Source: Alphaproteobacteria bacterium
GTDB lineage: Bacteria; Pseudomonadota; Alphaproteobacteria; UBA828
NCBI GenBank assembly: GCA_965220745.1
Contig: CBDCQT010000013.1
Coordinates: 736,001-800,000, forward strand
Direction: 5' to 3'
DNA length: 64,000 nucleotides
In this document: positions 48,538 through 59,529 of the stretch, piece after piece
Layout: every line of letters begins with the position of its first letter
Numbering within the stretch: position 1 is the first letter of the stretch
Position numbers and translations under genes: made by a program
Notes under the pieces: model-generated
Database searches by the model: none
What the model saw: the letters and a program-made list of their open reading frames with translations, nothing else
Told to the model about the DNA's origin: nothing

Positions 48538-49512
48538 ATGAAGACTTTCAAGTGGCGCCGCGGCTTGTGTGCGGCCGTGTTTCTCGTCGGCCTTTCGCCC
48601 GTCATCGGCATCGCGCCTGCCCAGTCGGCAGATATCGTCGTGGGCGTTCCCAATTGGCCGTCGGCGGCGGCTACCGCGAACATCCTAAAGGTGGTGCTGG
48701 AGGACAATCTAGGCTTAGAAGTGGAACTTCAGAACGGCACGAATCCTGTCATCTTCGAGGCGATGGACACCGGCAGCATGCATGTGCATCCGGAGGTTTG
48801 GCTACCGAACCAGACCAATCTGCACGACAAGTATGTCAAATCGAAGGGTACGGTCAGAATGAGCCCCAACGGCGTGTCCTCGTTTCAGGGCATGTGCGTG
48901 ACGAAGGCAAGTGCCGACCGTACCGGCATCACTGCGATCGCCGATCTTGCCGATCCCGACATGGCGAAGAACTTCGACTCGAACGGCGACGGCCTGGGAG
49001 AAGTGTGGGTCGGAGCATCGGGCTGGGCTTCGACTAATATCGAGAAGATCCGCGCCAAGAGCTACGGCTACGACGAGACCATGGAGCTGCTGGAAATGGA
49101 CGAGGCGTTGGCAATGGCCGATGTCGACGCCGCGGTCGCAAAGGATGCCAACCACGTCTTCTATTGTTACACGCCCAACCACATGTTCGCGCTGTACGAT
49201 CTCGTCATCCTGGAGGAGCCTCCGTATGACGAGTCGAAGTGGGTGATCATCCAGCCGACCGACGACCCCGAATGGCTGGAAAAATCGAGCGCGCCAGTCG
49301 CCTGGGACCTGGCCTGGCTGCACGTGCACTACGCGGCATCTCTGGAGGATTCGCACCCGGAGGCCGCGGCCCTGCTGAGCAAGATCGCGCTGACCACCGA
49401 TCAGGTATCCCACATGACCTTCGGCCTCGTGGTCGAGAAAATGAGCCCTGCCGACTATGCCGTGCAGTGGGCGCAAGACAACGCCGATCTCGTCGATTCT
49501 TGGATGAAGTAG
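48538..49512 (+). CDS. glycine-betaine-type ABC substrate-binding protein
   Basis: Signal peptide, NWPS, HPEVWLPNQ, GW, YTPN; AGGAG RBS. Confidence 0.88.
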   Translation: MKTFKWRRGLCAAVFLVGLSPVIGIAPAQSADIVVGVPNWPSAAATANILKVVLEDNLGLEVELQNGTNPVIFEAMDTGSMHVHPEVWLPNQTNLHDKYVKSKGTVRMSPNGVSSFQGMCVTKASADRTGITAIADLADPDMAKNFDSNGDGLGEVWVGASGWASTNIEKIRAKSYGYDETMELLEMDEALAMADVDAAVAKDANHVFYCYTPNHMFALYDLVILEEPPYDESKWVIIQPTDDPEWLEKSSAPVAWDLAWLHVHYAASLEDSHPEAAALLSKIALTTDQVSHMTFGLVVEKMSPADYAVQWAQDNADLVDSWMK

Positions 49513-49630
49513 CGCGCCGGTCGCCGCGGCGACCCTGGCGCTCATGTTCTCCGAAGCGTCGTGGACGAATCGTGCGGGCAGGGGCGTGCGCATCGACGGA
49601 TTCAGTCGATGCTTGAGTGAGGCTCTGTAA

Positions 49631-49658
49631 GATGGGCGATGCCGCGGCATCGACCATC
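49631..49658. terminator. near-perfect palindrome between convergent genes
   Basis: gatgg-g-cgatgccgcggcatcg-a-ccatc; no clear U tract. Confidence 0.35.
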
Positions 49659-49793
49659 CCGCTCAGTCCCGAACGGACCTGCGCTCGCCGGCGCGATGCG
49701 GGCCGGCGACGAAGCCGGGTGGCCAGACGCTCATACGGGAAACGCAGGCACTCGCCGCGTGCACCCCTGTCCCGCGCCTGCTCCCTGGCTCAC

Positions 49794-50678
49794 TTACGCA
49801 TCTTCGCGGTAGAGCGCCTGACACAGGCAATGTACGCCGCCGCCGCCGAGCGTGAACATCGACATGTCCGGATCGAAGACTTCGAAGCCCATGGCGCGCA
49901 TGCGTGCGTTCAGGTCCGTCGCCCCGCTCATGGAAAGCACACGGTCGTTGCCGAGCGCCACGAGGTTCACGCCGAGGTTTCGGGCTTCCGCGTAGCCGAC
50001 CTCGACGAACTCGAAGCCGCGCTCGCGAAGCAGCGCCACCAACCAGTCTTCCATGGCGTCGACACACGCCACGAGCAGCTTGGGCGCGAGCGGCACCACC
50101 AGGCCGTCCATGTGCACGAACTCCCGCGAGATGGGTGCAACCACGGCTTCCCACCCCTGCTCCCGCACCCAAGCCGCGACCTGTTCGGAACCTTCGCGTT
50201 CGGAACGCTCGCCGCTAAAGCCGATCAGCACGAAGCCCGGCTCAAGGATGTTGAAGTCGCCGCCCTCGAAGTGGCCGGCGGTGGCGTAGCGCCAGATCGG
50301 AATATCGTTGCTCTGGTAGAAGCGGATGGCGGTCACATAGTCGGCGCGCCGGCTCTTGAGCTGCATATGGCAGATAAGCGCGCCCCAGGGAGTCATTGCG
50401 CTCGAATCGCGGGCGAAGAAGTTGCGGTGCAGGACCTCGTCGGCATCCAGATAGTGGCAGGTCACACCATTGGCCTCGTAGATCGCTACCATCTCGGCGT
50501 GCTGCGACATGGCCCTCTGAAGGTTGAATTCGACTCCTGTGTGTATCTGGTTGTTGAGCGTCCGCATGGTGATCGGACCGGCGTCGATCCAGCGGTAGAA
50601 TTCAGGGATACCCAGGAGAACGTCCTTGAGTGGACCGTAGTCGTTGTGAATGCCCCAGCGGCGCGCATTGGCAGTCAT
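49794..50678 (-). CDS. amidinotransferase/dimethylarginase (pentein) family enzyme
   Basis: FARD, EGGD, HMD, GGGVHCL catalytic motifs. Confidence 0.9.
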   Translation of the reverse strand: MTANARRWGIHNDYGPLKDVLLGIPEFYRWIDAGPITMRTLNNQIHTGVEFNLQRAMSQHAEMVAIYEANGVTCHYLDADEVLHRNFFARDSSAMTPWGALICHMQLKSRRADYVTAIRFYQSNDIPIWRYATAGHFEGGDFNILEPGFVLIGFSGERSEREGSEQVAAWVREQGWEAVVAPISREFVHMDGLVVPLAPKLLVACVDAMEDWLVALLRERGFEFVEVGYAEARNLGVNLVALGNDRVLSMSGATDLNARMRAMGFEVFDPDMSMFTLGGGGVHCLCQALYREDA

Positions 50679-50940
50679 GAGCCATTCTCTCCGACTTGGT
50701 TGACCGGCACGAGTACATCATGAATTGGGCAATGGAATCAAGCCGCAACCGCAGATGAGCTTGGATGCCATCACGTTCTATCAGGAACATGACGCCGACT
50801 TGCGGTGCGTGGGTCCATATGGCGTTCTACCCGATTGAACGTGGAAAATCCCGAGCGTGCCGCCAGTCAATTGACCGTCTGACTGCGGGCCGTCACGGGG
50901 TCGCTGCAAGCGCGCAACAGCCTCGTTGCAGGCACACCGA

Positions 50941-51987
50941 ATGAGTGAACCGGTCATCAGGCTGCAGGGCGTGTGGAAGATCTTCGGCGCTCGGGTCGAA
51001 GACGCAATGCAGGCCATCACGCAGGAGGGCCTCAGCAAGGCGGAGGCGCTCGAGCAGTTTGGATGTGTGGTCGGAATCGCGGATTGCTCGTTCGAGGTTC
51101 CTCGCGGAGAGATCTTCTGCGTCATGGGACTGTCCGGCTCGGGAAAGTCGACCATGGTGCGCCATATCAATCGGCTGATCGAGCCGACTGCAGGCCGTAT
51201 CGAGGTACTGGGACGGAATGTGCTGGCGCTCGGCGAGGGCGAGTTGAGGAAGCTTCGCGCTGCCCAGATCGGCATGGTGTTCCAGCACATGGCGCTGTTC
51301 CCGCACCGCACGGTCCGGGACAACGTCGCGTTTCCGCTGCAGGTGCAGGGTCTGCCGAAGGCGAAACGCTGGGAGGTCTCCCAGCGCTGCCTCAGCCTCG
51401 TCAATCTCGACGGATACGAGGACCGCTTCCCGAGCGAGCTGTCGGGAGGCATGCAGCAGCGTGTCGGGCTCGCGCGGGCGCTCGCGTCGGACCCCGAGAT
51501 CCTGCTGATGGACGAGCCGTTCTCCGCGCTGGATCCCCTGATCAGGCGTCGGCTTCAGGAGCAGTTCATGTCGTTGTCGGCCGAGTTGAACAAGACCACG
51601 GTCTTCATCACGCACGATCTGGACGAGGCGATCCGCATCGGCAGCCGTATCGCCATCATGAACGACGGCCGGATCGTGCAGATCGGCACGCCGGAAGACA
51701 TCGTCACCAACCCGATCGACGACTACGTGCGGGACTTCGTTGAAGGCATCTCCACGCTGAAGCTGGTGTTCGCCCATACCATCATGGTGCGAATCGCAGA
51801 GTACAGACCACGTCCCGGCGAAGACCTGGAGCGTGCGCCGAGGGCCGCCCACGACGTCGATTTGAGCGAACTCATCGACGCGTCCATCGCAACGGATCAG
51901 CCCATTGTGATCACGCACGATGGCATGGACGTAGGCGTCATCGACAAGACCACACTGCTTAACGGAATCAAGGGCGGTAACGACTGA
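50941..51987 (+). CDS. ProV-like ABC ATP-binding protein
   Basis: GLSGSGKS, LSGGMQQRV, MDEPFSALDP. Confidence 0.93.
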   Translation: MSEPVIRLQGVWKIFGARVEDAMQAITQEGLSKAEALEQFGCVVGIADCSFEVPRGEIFCVMGLSGSGKSTMVRHINRLIEPTAGRIEVLGRNVLALGEGELRKLRAAQIGMVFQHMALFPHRTVRDNVAFPLQVQGLPKAKRWEVSQRCLSLVNLDGYEDRFPSELSGGMQQRVGLARALASDPEILLMDEPFSALDPLIRRRLQEQFMSLSAELNKTTVFITHDLDEAIRIGSRIAIMNDGRIVQIGTPEDIVTNPIDDYVRDFVEGISTLKLVFAHTIMVRIAEYRPRPGEDLERAPRAAHDVDLSELIDASIATDQPIVITHDGMDVGVIDKTTLLNGIKGGND

Positions 51988-53543
51988 TGCGAGAGACCGA
52001 GTATTCCGAAGAGTCAGTCAAGCTTTCCGGCTCCATCGGCAGTTTCGTTCGTTCCGGGCATGGATATTACGGCCGGGAGTTCGAGAAGATTCAGGCAGCG
52101 GAACAATTTCCGTGGTCGTGGAACACGATGTCCGCTCTCGCAGGTCCCTTGTGGGGTGCATCCCGCGGTCTGTGGGGGTACTTCTGGATGTTCCTGATCC
52201 TCGAAGTACTCGCGCTTGTTCAGATCGGCAGGGGTTGGTGGGGCGACCTTGGAGCCGACAAGCTTGCCCGGCTGGAGAGACTCACCCGCAAGTCGGACGA
52301 GTTCATGGCGAAGTACGATGCGGCCCTGCTCGCCGGCGATCCCGACGCGGAATCGTACCTCAATCGCGCGGAGAACCTCGACAAGATCGCGGCCCAGGTC
52401 GCCGAAGAAGCTGCGCTCGCGGCCGAGGGGGCCACGACGATTCTTCTCGTCGGCATCGCTCTGTTGATCGGCTTGCGCCTGATCCAGGGCTTCTACGCCA
52501 ACCTGCGCTACGAGAAACAGTATCTGAACTGGAGAGCGAATCCCTCCAGGACAGCCGCCGGCGTGAGCTGGGTACGGGCCGGTCTCGGCGGCCTGCTGTG
52601 GCTGGCGATCGTGCCGCTCACCCTCTACCGGTTCACCGTCGGCAAGATCGATCCCGAGCTCGAACCCTACGTTGCCGGCGTTCCCATCGAGAAAGGGTCC
52701 TATTACGCGCCCATGTCCGATTGGCTGGACGCAGGCTTCGACTGGCTGTCGGTCGAAGGGGCCGGCGTCTTCGACGGCGTCGTCGCGGCGATCAGCGCAG
52801 TCGTGGGCGCACTCGAAACCGTGCTGGTCGACGCGCCGTGGCCGGTGGTCATGACGGTCATCGTCGTTGTCGCGTGGCGGCTGGCCGGTCCTCGGGTCGC
52901 GGTGTTCACCGCCGCCGCGCTCGCCTACCTGGCGCTCTTCGGCCTGTGGGAGACCAGCATGGTGACGGTCGCCCTGCTCGGTGCCGCCGCATTCCTGTGC
53001 GTGCTGTTCGGGATACCGCTCGGGATCTGGTTCGGCAAGAACCAGAGGGCTTACAACGCAGCCCAGCCGGTACTGGACTTCATGCAGACGATGCCGGCAT
53101 TCGTCTACTTGATCCCGATCATCGCCTTCTTCGGCACGGGCAAGCCGCCGGGGGTGCTGGCGACATTGGTGTTCGGGATGCCGCCCGTCATACGGCTGAC
53201 GGCGCTTGGCATCCGCGGCGTACCGGAGAGCACCAAGGAGGCCGCTATCGCCTTCGGCTGCAATCGCTGGACGCTGCTGAAGGACGTGGAGATACCGCTC
53301 GCGCTGCCGTCCATCATGACCGGGATCAACCAGACCATCCTGATGTGTCTCTCGATGGTGGTGATCGCGTCGCTCATCGGTGCGAAGGGCCTGGGCCAGG
53401 ACGTGCTTATCGCGCTCCAGTACGCGGCCAAGGGGCAGGGGATGCTCGCCGGTCTCGCGATCCTGTTCTGCGCGATGGTCATCGACCGCATCATCCAGGG
53501 GCACTACAAGCGCTCCGCCTCGCGCCAGGCGCCCCGGGGATAG
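51987..53543 (+). CDS. ProW-like ABC permease with extra N-terminal membrane domain
   Basis: LDFMQTMPAFVYLIP, EAA loop, GINQTI. Confidence 0.92.
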   Translation: MRETEYSEESVKLSGSIGSFVRSGHGYYGREFEKIQAAEQFPWSWNTMSALAGPLWGASRGLWGYFWMFLILEVLALVQIGRGWWGDLGADKLARLERLTRKSDEFMAKYDAALLAGDPDAESYLNRAENLDKIAAQVAEEAALAAEGATTILLVGIALLIGLRLIQGFYANLRYEKQYLNWRANPSRTAAGVSWVRAGLGGLLWLAIVPLTLYRFTVGKIDPELEPYVAGVPIEKGSYYAPMSDWLDAGFDWLSVEGAGVFDGVVAAISAVVGALETVLVDAPWPVVMTVIVVVAWRLAGPRVAVFTAAALAYLALFGLWETSMVTVALLGAAAFLCVLFGIPLGIWFGKNQRAYNAAQPVLDFMQTMPAFVYLIPIIAFFGTGKPPGVLATLVFGMPPVIRLTALGIRGVPESTKEAAIAFGCNRWTLLKDVEIPLALPSIMTGINQTILMCLSMVVIASLIGAKGLGQDVLIALQYAAKGQGMLAGLAILFCAMVIDRIIQGHYKRSASRQAPRG

Positions 53544-53727
53544 TGCGCCCCGTGCCTCCCGCAAACGCCGTCCCGGATGCGACGGGGGACCGAATACGGG
53601 ATTGTCAATTGGTGAGCACATCGAGCGGGTTCGGATGATCCACGGCAAGAGTGGACGTAAGGCTGCCAGCGACAACAACTCCGCTTCGGCGCGGGAACGG
53701 AACGAACGGGAACAGGAGCGTATCGCG

Positions 53728-55494
53728 ATGAATATGACGACTGAAGAGGCCTTCGTGAAGGTGCTGCAGCGGCACGGGATCGAGCACGTGTTCGGGATCA
53801 TCGGCTCCGCCTTCATGCCGATATCGGACCTCTTCCCGAAGGCCGGGATCACCTTCTGGGACGTGGCCCACGAGAGCAACGCGGGCTTCATGTGCGACGG
53901 CTACACCCGGGCTACCGGCAAGATCGCCATGTGCATCGGCCAGAACGGCCCCGGCATCACCAACCTCGTGACGCCGGTGAAGACCGCGTACTGGAACCAC
54001 ACGCCGCTGCTGCTGGTGACGCCGCAGGCGGCCAACAAGACCATCGGCCAGGGCGGCTTCCAGGAAGTGCCGCAGATGGCGCTGTTCGAGGAGATGGTCT
54101 GCTACCAGGAGGAGGTGCGCGATGCGTCCCGCATGGCCGAGGTGCTGAACCGGGTGATCGAGAACGCGGTGCGCCAGTCGGCGCCGGCGCAGATCAACGT
54201 GCCGCGCGATCTCTGGACCCAGGAGGTGGATATCGAACTGCCGCCGGTGGTGCACCTGGAGCGCGCAGCGGGCGGCGAGGATTCGGTGGCGGAAGCGGCG
54301 CGGCTGCTGTCCGAGGCGCGCTTTCCGGTGATCCTCTCCGGCGGCGGCGTGGTGATCGGGGGCGCCATCGGCGAGTGCCGGGCACTGGCCGAGCGCCTCG
54401 ACGCCCCGGTCTGCTCCGGCTACCAGCACAACGACAGCTTCCCCGGCTCGCACCCCCTTGCCGTGGGCCCGCTCGGCTACAACGGCTCCAAGGCCGCGAT
54501 GGAGCTGATCGCGCGCGCCGACGTGGTGCTGGCATTGGGCACCCGGCTCAACCCGTTCTCGACGCTCCCCGGTTACGGCATCGACTACTGGCCGAAGGAC
54601 GCGGCGATCATCCAGGTGGAGCTGAACCCGGACCGCATCGGGCTTACCAAGAAGGTCACGGTCGGCATCTGCGGCGACGCGAAGAAGGTGGCGCGCCAGC
54701 TCCGCGAGCAGCTTTCCCCCACCGCCGGCGACGCGGGCCGGGACGAGCGCCGGGCGGCGATCCACCAGACCCGCTCGGCGTGGCTGCAGACGCTCGCCAG
54801 CATGGACCACGAGGACGACGACCCCGGCACCACGTGGAACGTGGACGCGCGCACGCGCGAGCCGGAGCGCATGTCCGCGCGGATGGCGTGGCGCGCGATC
54901 CAGGACGGCCTGCCGGGCGACGCCATCATCTCGTCCGATATCGGCAACAACTGCGCCATCGGCAACGCCTATCCGACCTTCGAGGAGGGCCGCAAATACC
55001 TGGCGCCGGGGCTGTTCGGGCCGTGCGGCTACGGCTTCCCCGCCATCCTCGGCGCCAAGATCGGGTGTGCGGACGTGCCTGTCGTCGGTTTCGCCGGCGA
55101 CGGCGCCTTCGGCATCTCCATGAACGAGATGGTCTCGGTCGGGCGCGAGGGCTGGCCCGCGATCACCATGGTGGTCTTCCGCAACTACCAGTGGGGCGCG
55201 GAAAAGCGAAACTCGATCCTCTGGTACGACAACAACTTCGTCGGCACCGAGCTGAACCCCGACCTGAGCTACGCGAAGGTGGCGGACGCCTGCGGGCTGA
55301 AGGGCGTCGCGGTGAGCACCATGGACGAGCTGACGACGGCGCTGCGCGACTCCTGCGCAGCGCAGGCGGAGGGCGTCACCACCTTCATCGAGGTGATCCT
55401 GAACCAGGAGCTGGGCGAGCCCTTCCGCCGCGACGCGATGAAGAAGCCCAACGTCGTGGCGGGGATCGACGGCGCCGACATGCACCCGCAATAG
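53728..55494 (+). CDS. xsc: sulfoacetaldehyde acetyltransferase
   Basis: MTTEEAFVKVL, FGIIGSA, GQNGPG, GDGAFG...RNYQWGAEK, ELGEPFRRDAM. Confidence 0.93.
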   Translation: MNMTTEEAFVKVLQRHGIEHVFGIIGSAFMPISDLFPKAGITFWDVAHESNAGFMCDGYTRATGKIAMCIGQNGPGITNLVTPVKTAYWNHTPLLLVTPQAANKTIGQGGFQEVPQMALFEEMVCYQEEVRDASRMAEVLNRVIENAVRQSAPAQINVPRDLWTQEVDIELPPVVHLERAAGGEDSVAEAARLLSEARFPVILSGGGVVIGGAIGECRALAERLDAPVCSGYQHNDSFPGSHPLAVGPLGYNGSKAAMELIARADVVLALGTRLNPFSTLPGYGIDYWPKDAAIIQVELNPDRIGLTKKVTVGICGDAKKVARQLREQLSPTAGDAGRDERRAAIHQTRSAWLQTLASMDHEDDDPGTTWNVDARTREPERMSARMAWRAIQDGLPGDAIISSDIGNNCAIGNAYPTFEEGRKYLAPGLFGPCGYGFPAILGAKIGCADVPVVGFAGDGAFGISMNEMVSVGREGWPAITMVVFRNYQWGAEKRNSILWYDNNFVGTELNPDLSYAKVADACGLKGVAVSTMDELTTALRDSCAAQAEGVTTFIEVILNQELGEPFRRDAMKKPNVVAGIDGADMHPQ

Positions 55495-56002
55495 TGGACA
55501 TCGCAGACCGCCTCGTCGCGCAAGCGAAACAGCGTCAGTGCGCCGTCGTCCTGCTGGGGTGCGATGACCCGAGAGTTGCAAGTGGCTTCCCTGCGCTATC
55601 GGACATTGTCGCCGGACCCTGCGAGTTGAGGGATGGGCGGCAGAGCGCACATGCCTCCTACATGCCCAGCCCTCGGGTTCTGCCCTGGTTCCGGTAATGC
55701 TGGAACTGATGAAATGAACCGATCCTTGGCACCGATGCCGAGACCCGCCGCGATGTCACCTATCGACGATAGATGCTGATGAGCCGCGCAACCTGCAGGG
55801 CTGTGTGGAACTGCCTGAGCTGCAGGTAGCCATGGAGCTGGGAATAGCCCTTGGCCTTGCGGATGGCGGTCGGTACGGTAGATGCCGTCGCGGTCGTGAT
55901 TGCGAATACCCTTGCCGCGGAAGCGCGGGCCTCTGCGGTTGGGTTTTCCCCTTATGACTTGCGCGACGAACGTAGTTCATTGATGGCGGGAGGCGGACCC
56001 TA

Positions 56003-57541
56003 ATGAGTTGGGCGCGCCCTTGCAGAAAAAGAGATGAGGCGAGCCTTGGGCATACAAAGGGCGCTCGCCAGGTCAAGCTCCGGGCCATCGCGCCTGGCTT
56101 TGCTCTTGCGGCAACTCTTCTGATTGTAGCCCCCGCTCACGCTGATGTACTCGACAGCCTGATGTTGCGCCTCGACAGGCTTGAGGAGGAGAACCGGCAG
56201 CTCAGACATGAAATCGAGGCGCTGAAGGCCGAGATGTACGAACGCGGGGAGGCCGAATCCGTTGACCCTACCTCTGGTGATCGAAGCTCCGCACGGCTGC
56301 TGCGCATCGACTCCCGAACCGGGTATGAACTTCTTGACCCGACCTCCAGAATCAACCGCAAGCAACGCCTTTTGCTGGAGCTGAGACGCGATGGAACCCT
56401 CCTCCCGGACGGCGTGAGCGTGCATGGCGCAGTCACCGCTGTTGGCGATTATCAGACCAGCAACAGGGACGGCAAGTTCGGCTACCTAATGCGCCATCCG
56501 ACCGCGAGGAACCAGGTGGGCAACGAGGTTTCCGAGGCGGCGATCCATTCGGTACAGCTCGGCTTCACGGCCTTGCTCGGCGATTGGATCACGGGACACG
56601 CGCAGATTCTCTACGATCCCGAGCAGAGCTTCGGCTCAGGCACCAACACGTCCATTGAACGCAATCAACTTCAGATGCGGCACGCCTACATCCTGATAGG
56701 TAATTTCGACCGCCTCCCCGTCTACGCCAGTCTGGGCAAGATGCCGGTACCCTTCGGTCTGACCGATACCGTCAATCCCTTCACCGCTTCGACGGTCTGG
56801 CACGCCTTCGGTGGGCTGGCCAACGGGGCGACACTGAGCTACGCGAAGGATGGCTTGAGCCTCTCTCTCATGGGCGTCCAGGGAGGGGCGCAGTTCCGCG
56901 CCGCGAACACGCCGGTCGAGAGGACCGGCGTCCCGAGCAAGCTGAACAATCTGGCCGTGGATGTGAGCTACGAGTTCGGCCTGGGCTCCCACGGCACGCT
57001 TCTTCTGGGCGGTTCGTATCTGCGCGGCTCGGCCTATTGCCAGGACTTCCCGGTGCAGCACTACCTTCCGTGCCGGGACAACAATCCGGCATTCGACCTG
57101 TACGCAAGGCTCGTCGCAGGCGAGCTCACGCTCAAAGGGGAGTTCGCGAGAACCCTCGACGAATGGCCCGGGACGTTCAACCCCGCTATCCTACAGTTCC
57201 CTGCGAGCGACGTGACGAGCTTCGACGTTGGGTTGAAGTACCGCCTCGACCTCGACTACGGCCCACTAGACCTGTCTGCGGAGTTCAGCCGCTTCGTGGC
57301 CGGTCCCGATGGTGCGCCGTGGGAACGACAGGACCAGATCGTTCTCGGTACTGCGTGGTTTGCGGAGCCCAGCGTGAAGCTGTTTACCGAATACATTCAC
57401 GTCGACGGCTTCGTCCCGCTCAACTTCATCAGCGGGGGCAGCATCAGAGACGACCGGGGCGAGCTGATACCCGACCGCACCATCAGCGAGGCGGCTGCAC
57501 GCTCGGACATCTTTCTGGTGGGCGTCAATGCCGCGTTCTGA
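56003..57541 (+). CDS. outer-membrane porin-like protein with N-terminal coiled coil
   Basis: Signal-like segment ending PAHA, coiled coil, beta-strand pattern, terminal F. Start uncertain. Confidence 0.75.
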   Translation: MSWARPCRKRDEASLGHTKGARQVKLRAIAPGFALAATLLIVAPAHADVLDSLMLRLDRLEEENRQLRHEIEALKAEMYERGEAESVDPTSGDRSSARLLRIDSRTGYELLDPTSRINRKQRLLLELRRDGTLLPDGVSVHGAVTAVGDYQTSNRDGKFGYLMRHPTARNQVGNEVSEAAIHSVQLGFTALLGDWITGHAQILYDPEQSFGSGTNTSIERNQLQMRHAYILIGNFDRLPVYASLGKMPVPFGLTDTVNPFTASTVWHAFGGLANGATLSYAKDGLSLSLMGVQGGAQFRAANTPVERTGVPSKLNNLAVDVSYEFGLGSHGTLLLGGSYLRGSAYCQDFPVQHYLPCRDNNPAFDLYARLVAGELTLKGEFARTLDEWPGTFNPAILQFPASDVTSFDVGLKYRLDLDYGPLDLSAEFSRFVAGPDGAPWERQDQIVLGTAWFAEPSVKLFTEYIHVDGFVPLNFISGGSIRDDRGELIPDRTISEAAARSDIFLVGVNAAF

Positions 57542-58341
57542 TGCATTTGCGTACGAGCGCAGCCGGATTTTCTTGACTTGGCTACACTTGGGCGAGCTTG
57601 CAGTCCTTGCCGCTTGAGCGTGTGTCGACGTGAGATTGCTGATTGCGATATCGGCGCCTAGGCGGCGGAAGATCTGCGCGGCGTTAAGTCCAAATCTGTC
57701 TTGTCCAGAATGCTGACGTTGAGTGACGAACGGGTCCGGGATCGCTCTCTTGTCCTCTTCCCCGCTCGCTCTCATTCGAGCCCTCCTGGAACCCTTTTCC
57801 GCCGCCTTCCTCGTCATCTGCCGGGTATGCGCTGACCTTGCGAGCGACACAGACCGCCGCAACGGTTGCGACGAGAGGTGGCGGGATAAAACAGCGAGCG
57901 CGGCGCCGGGACCGAAGGAACAGGCGATGGTATTCGCGGCCTTGTGGCGCGTAGCACCGCCCGCGGACGCGGGTGGGGCGCGATACTCGCGCGGCAATCA
58001 GCGGTGGGACCCGGCAAATCCGGGATGCCCGTTGTTCGTGCCGAGGGGACGGCAGCGCGCTTTTTCACACTGTCCCGCCGGGCTACCCTGACGTCAGGCT
58101 GAAAGCATGCTTCGCCATGGCGACGGTGAAGCGAGCCGAAACTTGGGATGTCGTGCGCGCAGAGGTCGGACTGCGATTCCGCCACACGACCCAATCGGTG
58201 AACGCGATCATCGAGGCGACCTGAGACCGGCCGAGGTCCGAAGACAGGCGATGTCCCTGGAGGTGATTGACGAAGCCGCTTCCGCAATGCCGGGATCAGC
58301 GATTGTAGTATCCATCGACGTGGCACCGACCGGACCGCATC

Positions 58342-59517
58342 ATGCTGACCTTCATCGAAGAGCTTGTCCTGCTGCTGAACGACGAGGACGGTGCGCCGCT
58401 GCCGATCCGGCAGGATATCGTGGCGTGTGCGCTCGCCGGCGCCGTGCTGATGGACCTGGCGTTCGCTTATCGGATCGATACCGACCTCGAGGCGCTCTTC
58501 GTCAACGACCGGACGCCAACAGGTAATTCTGCACTCGACCGCATCCTGGAGAGGATCGCCGCCCGTACCGAGGTCTGCGACACCAAGATGTGGATCGGCA
58601 CGCTATCCGTCGAGGAGGCACCCTCCATTCATGAGCAGACCCTGGGGGGTCTGGTGGAGCACGGAATCCTGACGGTGCGGGAGAGCAGGCTCCCGTGGAT
58701 ACGGTCCCGGCGCTATCCGAGCAGCGACGGCAAGACGGCAAAAGAGCTCCGCCAGCATGTCGCCGACGTGTTGACCTCCGACGAGATTCCCGACCCTCGC
58801 GATGTCGCCCTGATCTCCTTGTTGGACGCCTGCGAAATCCTCCCCGACATCTTCCCTAGACAGGAGATAGAGGATTTTCGTCCCCGGATCGCGCTCTTGC
58901 GCAAGATGGACCTGATCGGGCGCGAGGTCGCGGGCGCGATTGCCGAGATCGAACGCTCGATCATTCAAGCGGTGCGCGCCCGGGCCGCTCAGTTCAAGAA
59001 GCTGCTGCTGATCCTCTCAATCGCCGCCGGTGTGGTCGCGTTCACGGCGCTTGTGGCCCCGAGGTTCCCGGTGGCGGATCGGTTCAGTGCCCTGTACTTC
59101 GAGCGTCTCTGGTTCGACGGCGGCTGGCAACTGTGGAGCGGGTTTGCGCTTCTCGGATTGAGTGGCGCAGGCGTCCTCGCGGTCCTGCTCCTGAAGCTGC
59201 GAGCGATCGCCCGTCTGGGCGGCTTCAGCTGGTGGCGGCTCGCTCATGTCGGGTTCGGCATCGCCTGCGTGCTCGCGCTCTTCGCGCATACCGGCTTTCG
59301 CTTCGGGACCAGTCTCAACGCGGCGCTGATGGGCTGCTTCCTGGCAGTGCTGGTCCTCGGCGGCCTGGCCGGAGTCTGCACCAACGCAGCGGGTCAACTC
59401 AGGAAATGGGGGATCAAGCCCAAGCAGCGCATCATTCCGATGCGGGTGCATATCGTGGCCCTCGTTCCCCTGCCCGCGCTCCTGATCATCCACATCATCG
59501 CCGTCTACCTTTACTGA
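58342..59517 (+). CDS. GPP34 (GOLPH3/Vps74-like) domain fused to a His-rich membrane domain
   Basis: MLTFIEELVLLL...LAGAVLMDLA...IPDPRDVALISL; TM helices carrying four His. Confidence 0.75.
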   Translation: MLTFIEELVLLLNDEDGAPLPIRQDIVACALAGAVLMDLAFAYRIDTDLEALFVNDRTPTGNSALDRILERIAARTEVCDTKMWIGTLSVEEAPSIHEQTLGGLVEHGILTVRESRLPWIRSRRYPSSDGKTAKELRQHVADVLTSDEIPDPRDVALISLLDACEILPDIFPRQEIEDFRPRIALLRKMDLIGREVAGAIAEIERSIIQAVRARAAQFKKLLLILSIAAGVVAFTALVAPRFPVADRFSALYFERLWFDGGWQLWSGFALLGLSGAGVLAVLLLKLRAIARLGGFSWWRLAHVGFGIACVLALFAHTGFRFGTSLNAALMGCFLAVLVLGGLAGVCTNAAGQLRKWGIKPKQRIIPMRVHIVALVPLPALLIIHIIAVYLY

Positions 59518-59529
59518 TGGGGCCTACGC

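Noticed and set aside
50705-50715. 11-nt match (ccggcacgagt) to the 15-bp unit; partial matches also near 24250 and 26345
   Set aside because: Single, short and plausible by chance at this GC content.
57542-58341. coding or regulatory features in this gap and in 55495-56002
   Set aside because: Short ORFs lack motifs, and no convincing FNR or other box was found by eye.
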